Of a stretch of DNA of 64,000 nucleotides, positions 29,503-38,420 are shown in pieces. Position numbers and translations under genes: made by a program. The stretch comes from a virus. The notes under the pieces were generated by a model. That model had not been told where the DNA came from. It saw only the letters and a program-made list of their open reading frames with translations, and searched no databases. Every line of letters begins with the position of its first letter. Within the stretch, counting starts at the first letter, position 1. Location of the stretch: IMG/VR virus record IMGVR_UViG_3300032235_000792. One strand, 5' to 3'.

Positions 29503-30174
29503 TTAATCTTCAATATCATAGACCCTCACTGGCTCATTTTTATTATGCTTTGCCATCAGTTCTTGATAGCCAGAACCTGAAAAAACAAAATTTATAGCTA
29601 CTCTTCTACTATTAGATCTAGGCGGTGAACTAGCATGGAACTGCTTCGCACTCATTATTACCGCTCTACCCTTTTTAGGAGATACTCTATGATTAACAGA
29701 CACAGATGTATTAACTTGCCCAATTTTAGCACTCTCATTGAACACAAAAGTATCACCATCAGAATCGCACACGTAATAGAGCAGTATCATTAAATTATCA
29801 GAGTCGTTACTAAATACATCTGTGTGAGCGGGATTATGGAAGTTGTCCGGAAAGTCCGGCTCTCTTATCAAAGTGTGTACTTTTGCTCTAAAGATATGGT
29901 GGCACTTAGCTCCAATTTTTTGCTCAATAAACCAAAATATAGGTTTAACTAATTCAAAGTAAGAGCTATTTGATCCTGTATTTTCTGTATAAAAGTTATG
30001 AGCAAATTGATGGCTATCTCTTGTGAAATCTGTATCAATAACATCTACGTCATATTCTTTACTGCTTGATTTTGCTGTGTGCGGAAGATAGTACCAAGGA
30101 AAACTGGAACTTAGAAAAGTATTTTCTAACTCATTAATGTAAGTTTCTGGTAAAAAGTCTTCTATTATAATCAT
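29503..30174 (-). CDS. 2OG-Fe(II) oxygenase
   Basis: IIEDFL, PAHTD (HxD), LYYV..SDGDT, FHAS..P, RRVAIN. Confidence 0.85.
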   Translation of the reverse strand: MIIIEDFLPETYINELENTFLSSSFPWYYLPHTAKSSSKEYDVDVIDTDFTRDSHQFAHNFYTENTGSNSSYFELVKPIFWFIEQKIGAKCHHIFRAKVHTLIREPDFPDNFHNPAHTDVFSNDSDNLMILLYYVCDSDGDTFVFNESAKIGQVNTSVSVNHRVSPKKGRAVIMSAKQFHASSPPRSNSRRVAINFVFSGSGYQELMAKHNKNEPVRVYDIED

Positions 30175-31773
30175 GTATAGTTTATACCTTAAATTTAAAA
30201 TTACTCCACATGATCTGTGTATCCCTTACTTCTCCAATACGAGCCCAATTTCCAACCAATCATGAGAATACCCATTTTATCTAAGCTATACCAGAAATCA
30301 AAACATATCTTTGTGTGCCTGTTAAAAAGCTTGCTCCGCTGTTCGTCATCCATCATCCCCACCTCACAAAATCACCAGTCTCTAATTCTAGTTTTAGAAG
30401 AACATCCTCTAGTTGATACAGTCTCAATAAAGACATGAAATCCATATTATATTTGTTCACTATAGACCTAACCTAATCATTAAACCCTTAATTCTGTTAG
30501 CGACAGCAGCACTTTCTCTCAGTTGCTTCTCGTGTAGGTAGTTGAATACAGCAATAAAAGCCGGTAAACCTACCAGTATTGTAAACAGCAGACCCAACAT
30601 GATAGCTCTAATCAACATAGACCTAGCCTTATTAACGCGTACCTGATATTCATCTTAATATTAATCGTTTGCCAATATTTTTCTTTTTTAAACGTATTCA
30701 TCGTCTGTTATCTCAAAACCTTTAATTATCTTGAAGGTAATCGTGTCTCTTGCCTTCTTTAACTCATCAGCGTACTCTCTAGCGTCTTCTTCGTACTGAA
30801 ATTCTTTAAGTATATGGCCAATAGTGTCATCTGTGTAATAAACGTAGTATGTCATTTTTCTCCTAAGTTACTATATTTTAGTGTAAAATGGTAAATTTTA
30901 CTGTCACCCATGAAATAGGGAAGGTCTAGGCTAAACAACACCAGCCCTAGCCTTCTAACTACTTTCAAACTGTCAACTGTATTTAAGTCAAAAAAGCCTT
31001 CTTCAAGCATATTAGTATGCCCTTGTTTCTGTATCTTTTAAGCCCAACCTACGCAATATACGATTGATTTGCAGCCTAACAATTATTGTGTCTGCAATGT
31101 GCGTGTTCATAGACTCAATGCCTTTAAAACGTAGTACATACGCTTTCTAATATAAGTATTGTAACAATACATAGCTCCATTATAGTAGTATACTTTTGCC
31201 AAGTCTTTTCTCCCTGTCCACCATAATACCTCTGTAAAAAAAAGTCATAGTAACTATAGCAATAGTTTCTGGCCTAGATATAGTTAACCTGTCTAAACAA
31301 GATACAAATGCCAGTATTAGTCTAGTATTAGACACACCATCATCCATTTAACTCCTCCAGGAGATCCAGCTTTGCAACCAGCTCGCGAATGTCCATGGCT
31401 GCATCTGCTACACCATGCCAGTCTTCTTGCTCTAGCTTTAGCTTCAGATACTCAGTCATGCCATGCTTTTCTCTAGTTAATCTAACTTTCTCTTCGACTA
31501 CATTTAAAAACATAATACCTCTTAGTTAAGAATATTTCAACCCTTGTACGTTCCAAATATAGAGTCCAATAATGTATACGACGTAGCTATCTTTAGCTTA
31601 AGAAGAGTTGATATAAACAAATGCCTCAAATCTCTACCACTAGTACCTTCTGACATGTCTTAGTTCCTTATATAGCTTAGCAAACTGATCTTGACTAATT
31701 ATCTCTAACGTTCTCAGTACTAATAGAAAATGTACCCTAGAAACCGAACGCTCTACCTCTATCTCTAAACCGT

Positions 31774-32037
31774 TCATAGACCTATAGATTCTTCAAGTAC
31801 AGCGCCCGCCACTTCCCTATAAGCATCTAGCACGCTATTCACCTCTGTTTCTAGGTCTTCATCGTCTAATTCACCGCTATCATGTAAGCTAGTAACATGG
31901 GTATGGACGACGTCCCAGAGAACTTCTACACCACCAAATTGATGTAGCAATACCCTAAGCATAATATCCTTATCTTTATACAGCTCTTCGTACGCTTCAT
32001 CATACCTATCTAACAACTGAACACGGTCCATATTCAC
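31774..32037 (-). CDS. acidic hypothetical protein
   Basis: 87 aa, GAGG RBS. Confidence 0.6.
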   Translation of the reverse strand: MNMDRVQLLDRYDEAYEELYKDKDIMLRVLLHQFGGVEVLWDVVHTHVTSLHDSGELDDEDLETEVNSVLDAYREVAGAVLEESIGL

Positions 32038-32392
32038 CTCTATAGTTTATCTTTACAGCACATCAACATAAATAAGTCGAACATATTAGGGCGCCCAATG
32101 CCTAAGTACATAAACGTGAATACTAGGTTAGCTACAGCTTGACCACTAACTCCACTGGCGTACTCCTTCATCTGTTCATCTGTTATTTCTCTATTCACTA
32201 AAGCTCCCTATGATCTATATCTTCTAAAAACAAGTACCACACTACAATAAAGAACCTACGTAGCACAACCTTATCTTCATCAGAGCTATACTTATATTCA
32301 GTTACCACAAGCTTACTTAGCATGCATACCGTATATAGCCATAACTCGTTGAGCCCCAGTTATTACACCTATTCGTACTAAAATATCGAACA

Positions 32393-32941
32393 TTAAGATT
32401 CTTCTCTCAAAGTTTGGCTCCATAAGCTAATCCCCTCTAGTTTCATCAACCGTTCAGCCTCACCACCTACCAATAATAGCTTAACACTATACTCAGCTAG
32501 CCGCTCATAATCCATACCATCCTCATCAAAGCCTATATCCATATTTATAGTTCCACTAGCACTACGCACATATCTTACAAAGTCTTTCCACTCACCAAAT
32601 ACATTAATAACTGCATAGAATACCTTAGCAACCATATACATAGGCTCATCTACATCACCATCATAATTAAAGTCTATATCTTGTACATTAACATACTCTT
32701 TTATCTCAGCTACAACAGGCACATCGTCACCTACTACACTAAAAGAGAAGCCACCTACTTCACCTATAGAACTAAACCTAGGGGCTTTACTTATGAACTC
32801 AGAGACCTCACTAGAGTGGGACGAGGCGTTCACTTCTCGGCCAACTGTAAATTGACCTGATTCGTCTGAGAATAGACCGTATGGACCTACTATTTGGGCG
32901 TGGAAGCGGAGCTTGTATTGAACCATCAGTATACCCCACAA
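32393..32941 (-). CDS. hypothetical protein
   Basis: about 180 aa downstream of an AACAGA promoter motif; start uncertain. Confidence 0.6.
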   Translation of the reverse strand: MWGILMVQYKLRFHAQIVGPYGLFSDESGQFTVGREVNASSHSSEVSEFISKAPRFSSIGEVGGFSFSVVGDDVPVVAEIKEYVNVQDIDFNYDGDVDEPMYMVAKVFYAVINVFGEWKDFVRYVRSASGTINMDIGFDEDGMDYERLAEYSVKLLLVGGEAERLMKLEGISLWSQTLREES

Positions 32942-33009
32942 AGTTATATATGATATCTGTTGTAGTTATACAAGCCATTGTATTTACGAGTTAGTCGAGG
33001 GTAAAAGAT

Positions 33010-33310
33010 AGGGTTTGGCCGCGAGCCCCATAGCCCCACTTCGTCCCCAACAGACCAACTGCCTGCCCATCGACAGACCAGCGCGCGGGTCCCAACAGAT
33101 CGGTCCACGCGTACCGAGCAATGTTAGGCCGCAACATTGCTCAGCGCGACAGGCCTGTTACTGGCCAACAGACTGTTTCCCTAGGGGGTTTTGAGGTGCC
33201 TGCTGGCCAACAGAGCTCCCCCGTTGGGCGGCGTAGCAGTGTCACAGACGTCTAGCTGCCAGCAGACCCGCTTAACAGACTGCTGGCGTAGGACCTGTGG
33301 ACTTAACAGA
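33010..33310. other. GC-rich non-coding element with clustered AACAGA motifs and hairpins
   Basis: six AACAGA copies plus degenerate ones on the plus strand, perfect 10-bp stem gagcaatgtt/aacattgctc (33116-33142), one 13-mer copy (33232-33244). Confidence 0.6.
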
Positions 33311-33535
33311 CTACTCTTCTAGCATCTTGTTGATGGCCAGAGCTGCTCTGACTTCTGCTAGTAGCTCATCGTCATCACTGGCATAGGACTCGTACTCCTC
33401 TAACAGCTCTTGATCTGTCATATTGCGCAGCCCCGGAAAGTTACCGCCATAGAGGATATAGTCTCTGAGTTCAAAACAGCCATACATGTCATCGAACAGT
33501 ACATCCATCAGCTTGTTTCTAGTAACTTCGTCCAT
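33311..33535 (-). CDS. acidic small protein (C-terminal INKMLEE)
   Basis: 74 aa, AAGGAG RBS. Confidence 0.7.
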   Translation of the reverse strand: MDEVTRNKLMDVLFDDMYGCFELRDYILYGGNFPGLRNMTDQELLEEYESYASDDDELLAEVRAALAINKMLEE

Positions 33536-33554
33536 ATTAGCTCCTTTATGGTTA

Positions 33555-33584
33555 AAGAAAAGGCCGGAGAGTTACTCCGGCCTT
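33555..33584 (-). terminator. intrinsic terminator
   Basis: AAGGCCGGAG-TAACT-CTCCGGCCTT followed by TTCTTT after family A gene. Confidence 0.75.
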
Positions 33585-33588
33585 GGAA

Positions 33589-34071
33589 CTAGCCTACTAA
33601 GTGACGTAGGTGCTCTGGGAGAGCGTCAACATTGATCTCTACTTTAGCTTCGGGCTTGATCTCTGCTAGTCTAGCATCAATCGCTTGTTGAACTTGTGTT
33701 TTAGTTTCAGCATCAGTAACCGTCTTGAGTAGAGCTTTAAGAGCTTTGATCTGAGCGTCACCAGAACCAGAGCGAGAACCTGGGTTTTTGGTGGTATAGC
33801 TCTGACCATTGTTGAACTGCGGGTTCTTTCTAATCCAGTTATCTAGTAGGCCAGAGACATACTTCTTAAGCTCGGAGTCAAAGGCATACTTATCACTAGC
33901 TTCGGCTGACATCTGGACTTGGCCAGAGCGGAAGCCAGCGACCAGCTTCTCTTTCATAGTATTCTTTTGCTCTGAAGTTATGATGTCGGACAGCACGACT
34001 TCACCGCCCAGCTCATAGTTAGGCACTACAGACATGACAACTTGAGTAACTGCATCTTTTTGACTAATCAT
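33589..34071 (-). CDS. paralogue family A protein
   Basis: AGFRSGQVQMSAEASDKYAFDSELKKY...KNPGSRSGSGD...LPEHLRHL. Confidence 0.9.
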   Translation of the reverse strand: MISQKDAVTQVVMSVVPNYELGGEVVLSDIITSEQKNTMKEKLVAGFRSGQVQMSAEASDKYAFDSELKKYVSGLLDNWIRKNPQFNNGQSYTTKNPGSRSGSGDAQIKALKALLKTVTDAETKTQVQQAIDARLAEIKPEAKVEINVDALPEHLRHLVG

Positions 34072-34341
34072 ACTAAACCCCTTTAGTAGCTAGCATTATT
34101 GCTAGTGATTAAATATAATATTTGTTAGAGTCCTTGAGTTAATAACTGACAGTTCATCATTTTAGGTGTCTGCACTGTCAAACCGCCCACCGGATACTAA
34201 TATGCCTAGTCCACGCTTGTTAGTCTATGTAAGACTTTTTTACAACCGTATTGGTTGATGTTAATATATAGAATCTGTTAAGGCGGGGGATGGCAGGCGT
34301 AGCAGTGTCACTCGGCCACTAGGCCGAGCGCACGCTGGAGG

Positions 34342-34545
34342 CTAGAACCCTTGGGAGGTGAAATCCAACTCTCCATCTTCTTCATCGTAACTATCTTCTA
34401 CATATACTTCTAGTGTATCTTCGTCACTGAACTCGGCATTCATATCATCTAAGTCTGCCTGTTCGATAGCATCTCGTATCTCTTCCTCAGTATCGATGTC
34501 GTCCTCAAAGTCCTCGTATGAATCGAATAAGTTCATGCTTCTCAT
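34342..34545 (-). CDS. very acidic small protein
   Basis: 67 aa, about 28 Asp/Glu and 2 Arg; AGGAG RBS. Confidence 0.7.
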   Translation of the reverse strand: MRSMNLFDSYEDFEDDIDTEEEIRDAIEQADLDDMNAEFSDEDTLEVYVEDSYDEEDGELDFTSQGF

Positions 34546-34601
34546 ATAACTCCTATGTTTATTTAGTTTTAAAGAAATGAGCCATCCATGGCTCGAATAA
34601 C

Positions 34602-34829
34602 TTAGGCACAGTACTCACGAAGACGCTTGTTGTACTTGATTCTTAAAGCTTCAGCCTCAGCTTTTAGCTCAGCCGCCTTATCATCAGAGCTCGTCTTCAT
34701 AGCGTCAGCGAGTTTATTCCAGTAGGCTGATTTGAACTTAGCCAGGTGCTGTTCATGAAACTCGATCGCTCTAGGATTCTGGATGTCTTCAACTCTAGTA
34801 ACACCATTACATTCTTTAGATTTAGTCAT
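34602..34829 (-). CDS. hypothetical protein
   Basis: 75 aa, GGAGG RBS, own promoter motif. Confidence 0.7.
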   Translation of the reverse strand: MTKSKECNGVTRVEDIQNPRAIEFHEQHLAKFKSAYWNKLADAMKTSSDDKAAELKAEAEALRIKYNKRLREYCA

Positions 34830-34904
34830 TTAACCCTCCCAAGGTTAGATCATCTACTAGATGATCATTTAATTATGATATATTATAGAATCTGTTGGAG
34901 ATAT

Positions 34905-35222
34905 CTACAGACAGGCAGCCAGCCATCTTATTGTATTCTCAATATCTTCTCTATCTTTGATGTAGTCTTTGCCATCATGACAACCACAGCGGCTAGACAC
35001 AACCATATCATCATCTATGTGTATCTGGCATGGTGGACACTCATCATTCTCATACAGCCATTCGCCAGTGAAGTCTTCAAACTCCGCTTGCTCGCTCTCA
35101 CTTAGATGGGAATAGTCTGGTACATTCTTAAGATATGAGTATGCATGATCACAATCCCAGTCATACCCAATCTCTTTGTCACTTTCCATGAATAGCTTTT
35201 TCAAATCACCAAGTGTTTTCAT
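34905..35222 (-). CDS. acidic Cys-containing hypothetical protein
   Basis: start re-called to MKTLGD after GGAGG. Confidence 0.65.
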   Translation of the reverse strand: MKTLGDLKKLFMESDKEIGYDWDCDHAYSYLKNVPDYSHLSESEQAEFEDFTGEWLYENDECPPCQIHIDDDMVVSSRCGCHDGKDYIKDREDIENTIRWLAACL

Positions 35223-35262
35223 GTTACCTCCAAAGTTAGAGCCATCCATGGCTCGAGTTTAG

Positions 35263-35616
35263 TTAGACTTTGCGGAACTGTAAGATACCGTAGTAGAGAC
35301 CGTTGCCAGAACCATCTTGCTCATAGAATAAGCTATAACCATAGTGCTTCATATATATCTCAATGGCTTCAAGTACACCATTAGTTTTACAGTTATCACC
35401 GAGCATCCAACTAACGAACTTGTCGCTCTCCTCCTTTTTGCCCCACAGTTCTTCATCGCTAAAATCATAGTAGACAACGATATCACTTGGGGCGAGATCA
35501 GCTTCATCACCAAGCGACGCCTCATCGTGGGTGATCACACTTAAGTTACCGAGCTTTGGGTAATAGTTGTAGTGGTTTAAGAACTTGCCGAGTGCACTTA
35601 TCATAACTTGATCCAT
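35263..35616 (-). CDS. hypothetical protein
   Basis: 117 aa, GGAGG RBS. Confidence 0.7.
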   Translation of the reverse strand: MDQVMISALGKFLNHYNYYPKLGNLSVITHDEASLGDEADLAPSDIVVYYDFSDEELWGKKEESDKFVSWMLGDNCKTNGVLEAIEIYMKHYGYSLFYEQDGSGNGLYYGILQFRKV

Positions 35617-35723
35617 AGTTGCCTCCGAGTTGGAGTCAGTCCGTGACTCGATTAATATTGTAATTATAAAAATATATAAAGTCTGTTAGAGTTTGTGTAG
35701 GTGTGAGCGGCGTAGCAGTGTCA

Positions 35724-35751
35724 AAATAATAGGTGGGGCTTTCGCCCCACC
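35724..35751 (-). terminator. intrinsic terminator with GAAA tetraloop
   Basis: GGTGGGGC-GAAA-GCCCCACC-TATTATTTT. Confidence 0.75.
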
Positions 35752-35759
35752 GTGGTGGC

Positions 35760-36248
35760 CTAGCCTAGCAGGTGGCGTAGGCTTTCAGGTATCAAGCTCG
35801 CATCGATCTCGATCTTAGGTTTCAACTCTTCAAGACGCTTATCGATCTCGACTTGGATGGTTGCCTTGACCGAAGGGTCGTTGACAGTACTCATCAATGC
35901 TCTCAGAGCTTTCAGCTTCTCGTCACCAGACCCGCTTCGTGATCCAGGATTCTTGGCTTGGTAAGTGTTGCCGCCGTTGAACTCAGGTGCCTTACGCAAC
36001 CAGTTGTTCAGTAGTCCGACACAGTACTTGCGGAGCTCGGAGTCGAAGGCATACTTGTCACTAGCCTCGCTCGACATTTGGATTTGACCCGAGCGGAACC
36101 CAGCGATCAGCATCGCCACAGCGTTCTCCTTGTCACTCACGGTGAACACCTCACTCACAGGTGTCTCGCCATTGAGAGTGTAGTTAACACCACGCTTAGA
36201 AAGAGTAGCTAACACGATAGAGACAGTTGCTTGACGTTGATTAACCAT
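35760..36248 (-). CDS. paralogue family A protein
   Basis: very similar to 37372-37857; start re-called to MVNQRQ after GGAGG. Confidence 0.9.
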   Translation of the reverse strand: MVNQRQATVSIVLATLSKRGVNYTLNGETPVSEVFTVSDKENAVAMLIAGFRSGQIQMSSEASDKYAFDSELRKYCVGLLNNWLRKAPEFNGGNTYQAKNPGSRSGSGDEKLKALRALMSTVNDPSVKATIQVEIDKRLEELKPKIEIDASLIPESLRHLLG

Positions 36249-36412
36249 ACGAGATCCTCCCAAGGATTAAGCGCGCACGACATGTGAGCACTATTAGTTA
36301 ATTAATATAATTAAATAAGTTATATATTTAATTATAAATAATATTAAAGTCTGTTAAATTATATAGCGGCGTAGCAGTGTCAGTAGGCCTTGCGGCCTAC
36401 TGCACCAGATAA

Positions 36413-36688
36413 CTAGACGACCAGTCCTTGGTCTTGGAGTTGTTGGTCAAGTGTCTTACCATCGTAGTTGAGTAAGTCACTACCATCGTTGAGATCAGTG
36501 AACATATCCTGCTTGACCTCGCTATAGGTCTGCACACACTCGGGATCCTCGTGGCACATGAACCACAGTTGACCGTTGATGCTGTAGACTTCGAAGTCGT
36601 AGATAGCGTGGTTACCGATGTGGACACAGCCGACATGGTTAGATTCAAAGTCTTCGTGGTTAAAGTTAGATGGATCGAAAGTTGTCAT
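36413..36688 (-). CDS. acidic hypothetical protein
   Basis: start re-called to MTTFD after GGAGG. Confidence 0.65.
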   Translation of the reverse strand: MTTFDPSNFNHEDFESNHVGCVHIGNHAIYDFEVYSINGQLWFMCHEDPECVQTYSEVKQDMFTDLNDGSDLLNYDGKTLDQQLQDQGLVV

Positions 36689-36757
36689 GATTACCTCCAA
36701 GATAGAGAGTCGTCCATGACTCAGTTAATTTATATTGATTGTTAAGATTTGTTAGGG

Positions 36758-37027
36758 CTACGCTTCGGTATCCCAGCGGAAGAGTAGCTCGTTGTACTTA
36801 GCTTCGCTGATCACCACCCAACTCCATGTGTTAAGGTAGCGGACCGCATGATTCTTCTTGCCAGTCATGCGCAGCGACTTGCCGTACATTTGGGACTTGG
36901 CTCGCTCTTTGATGACACCAGACTCTTTATGGCCGCTCAGCGAGTGCGACTCATACTCGTAAGAGTAAGGGTTGTTGTCAGTGGCGTCGATAGCACGGAC
37001 GAGCTTAATGAGTGACAATGATTTCAT
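36758..37027 (-). CDS. hypothetical protein
   Basis: 89 aa, GGAGG RBS. Confidence 0.7.
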   Translation of the reverse strand: MKSLSLIKLVRAIDATDNNPYSYEYESHSLSGHKESGVIKERAKSQMYGKSLRMTGKKNHAVRYLNTWSWVVISEAKYNELLFRWDTEA

Positions 37028-37184
37028 AGTACCTCCAAGTTGGAGTCAGTCCGTGACTCGATTAATATAATAAATAATTTTAATTTTATTTAATTATAAA
37101 TAATATTAAAGTCTGTTAAATTATATAGCGGCGTAGCAGTGTCAATAGGTAAGCGGGCCATCATGGCCCGCATAACCTCGGAGA

Positions 37185-37277
37185 TCACTCAGCATCTTCG
37201 CTAAGCAATTCATAATCATCGTAATCAAGATAGCTTAAGTTATAATCATCATCTTCATTCATATTTATATCGTTCAT
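37185..37277 (-). CDS. 30-aa acidic micro-ORF (not in ORF track)
   Basis: MNDINMNEDDDYNLSYLDYDDYELLSEDAE with GGGGG RBS. Confidence 0.45.
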   Translation of the reverse strand: MNDINMNEDDDYNLSYLDYDDYELLSEDAE

Positions 37278-37334
37278 AATTTCCCCCATTAGTTATATCC
37301 GCTATTAAGTACCAAGATAGACATCTTAATACTT

Positions 37335-37362
37335 AATAGAAGGGAGGGACTTTCGTCCCTCC
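37335..37362 (-). terminator. intrinsic terminator with GAAA tetraloop
   Basis: GGAGGGAC-GAAA-GTCCCTCC-CTTCTATT. Confidence 0.7.
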
Positions 37363-37371
37363 AGTTAACCT

Positions 37372-37857
37372 CTAGAGTAGGTGGCGTAAGCTCTCAGGGA
37401 TCAGATCAGCATTGATCTCGATCTTAGGCTTAAGCTCTTCGATTCGCTTATCGATCTCAGATTGGATCGTAGCCTTGGTAGTAGGATCACTTACCTTAGA
37501 CATCAGAGCTCGTAGGGCTTTCAGCTTCTCATCACCAGATCCCGTTCTAGATCCAGGGTTCTTAGCTGTATAAGCATTACCACCGTTGAACTCAGGAGCC
37601 TTGCGGATCCAGTTGTTAACCAGACCAACCACATATTTCTTAAGTTCAGAGTCGAAGGCATACTTATCAGAAGCCTCAGAGGACATTTGTATCTGTCCAG
37701 ATCGGAAGCCCGCGACCAGCTTGTTGACAGCTTGTTCCTTGTCAGTTACCGTTAGGACATCTGCGATACATTGCTCACCGTTTAGGTTGTAGTCGATACC
37801 GCGCTCAGAGAGAACAGATAAGATAACAGATACAGTTGCTTGACGTTGAGATACCAT
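37372..37857 (-). CDS. paralogue family A protein
   Basis: MVSQRQATVS...GLVNNWIRKAPEFNGG...IPESLRHLL. Confidence 0.9.
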   Translation of the reverse strand: MVSQRQATVSVILSVLSERGIDYNLNGEQCIADVLTVTDKEQAVNKLVAGFRSGQIQMSSEASDKYAFDSELKKYVVGLVNNWIRKAPEFNGGNAYTAKNPGSRTGSGDEKLKALRALMSKVSDPTTKATIQSEIDKRIEELKPKIEINADLIPESLRHLL

Positions 37858-37910
37858 TGAGAACTCCTTGGTTATGAGTCATCCGTAACTCGGTGGTTAA
37901 TTATAAAAAT

Positions 37911-37925
37911 TTATAAAGTCTGTTA
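37911..37925 (-). promoter_or_regulatory. phage-specific promoter motif TAACAGA-w4-ATAT (representative of about 16 copies)
   Basis: recurs 15-60 nt upstream of minus-strand RBSs; see findings for positions. Confidence 0.7.
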
Positions 37926-38420
37926 AAAAATAGGGCCGGGTAACTTTATTATTTATATAAGTATTGTTAAAATCTGTTGGATCTGGTACCCCACGAACTC
38001 TGGGAGGACACTTCGCCATAAAATAGGGCCCACTGGCTTCTACCCCATAATAGGCAAACTCACCAGGTACCACTACTTCAATTTTTATATATTATTTTTT
38101 ATCTAACAATAAGGCCAGAAATAATACCCACTGCCGTACCACTTCTCATCTTGGGTCATCTCAAACTTGAACACACCTAAATTCTGAAACACGCGTAACA
38201 ACCGCATTCTTTCCTGATAATCATTATAATTATTCTGAAAACTCATCTTCACCCCAACCTCACATATCGAGCTCAATAAGACCTAACCTATATAAGGTGA
38301 ACCACATAGATATCTCACAATAAAAATCGCCATACCACTCGTCAAACATCTAACTCACCAAGCCCTAACTTCGACCAAAGCATGACAATGAGATTAAACT
38401 TTAACACGATACCATCTTGC

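Larger units (their letters stand above)
33232..37144 (-). repeat. five clustered copies of TGACACTGCTACGCC delimiting gene cassettes
   Basis: 13-mer cores at 33232, 34298, 35711, 36370, 37132; 58-bp exact direct repeat 36325-36382 / 37087-37144. Confidence 0.92.
34579..37891 (-). promoter_or_regulatory. six 5'-UTR hairpins with A(C/U)GGA loops (CsrA/RsmA-like)
   Basis: 34579-34594, 35239-35254, 35633-35649, 36707-36722, 37043-37059, 37876-37891, each just upstream of a Shine-Dalgarno. Confidence 0.7.

Noticed and set aside
36361-36382. TGACA of the 13-mer as a sigma-70 -35 box
   Set aside because: Spacing to the nearest TATAAT is about 14 nt and inconsistent among copies; copies also occur inside genes with no -10.
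36397-36648. Overlapping alternative-frame ORF
   Set aside because: The overlapping 36413-36688 frame has the GGAGG RBS and UTR hairpin; this frame has neither.
33232-37144. Repeats as a CRISPR array
   Set aside because: Repeats are 13-15 bp, hundreds of bases apart and separated by whole genes; no uniform spacers and no cas genes.
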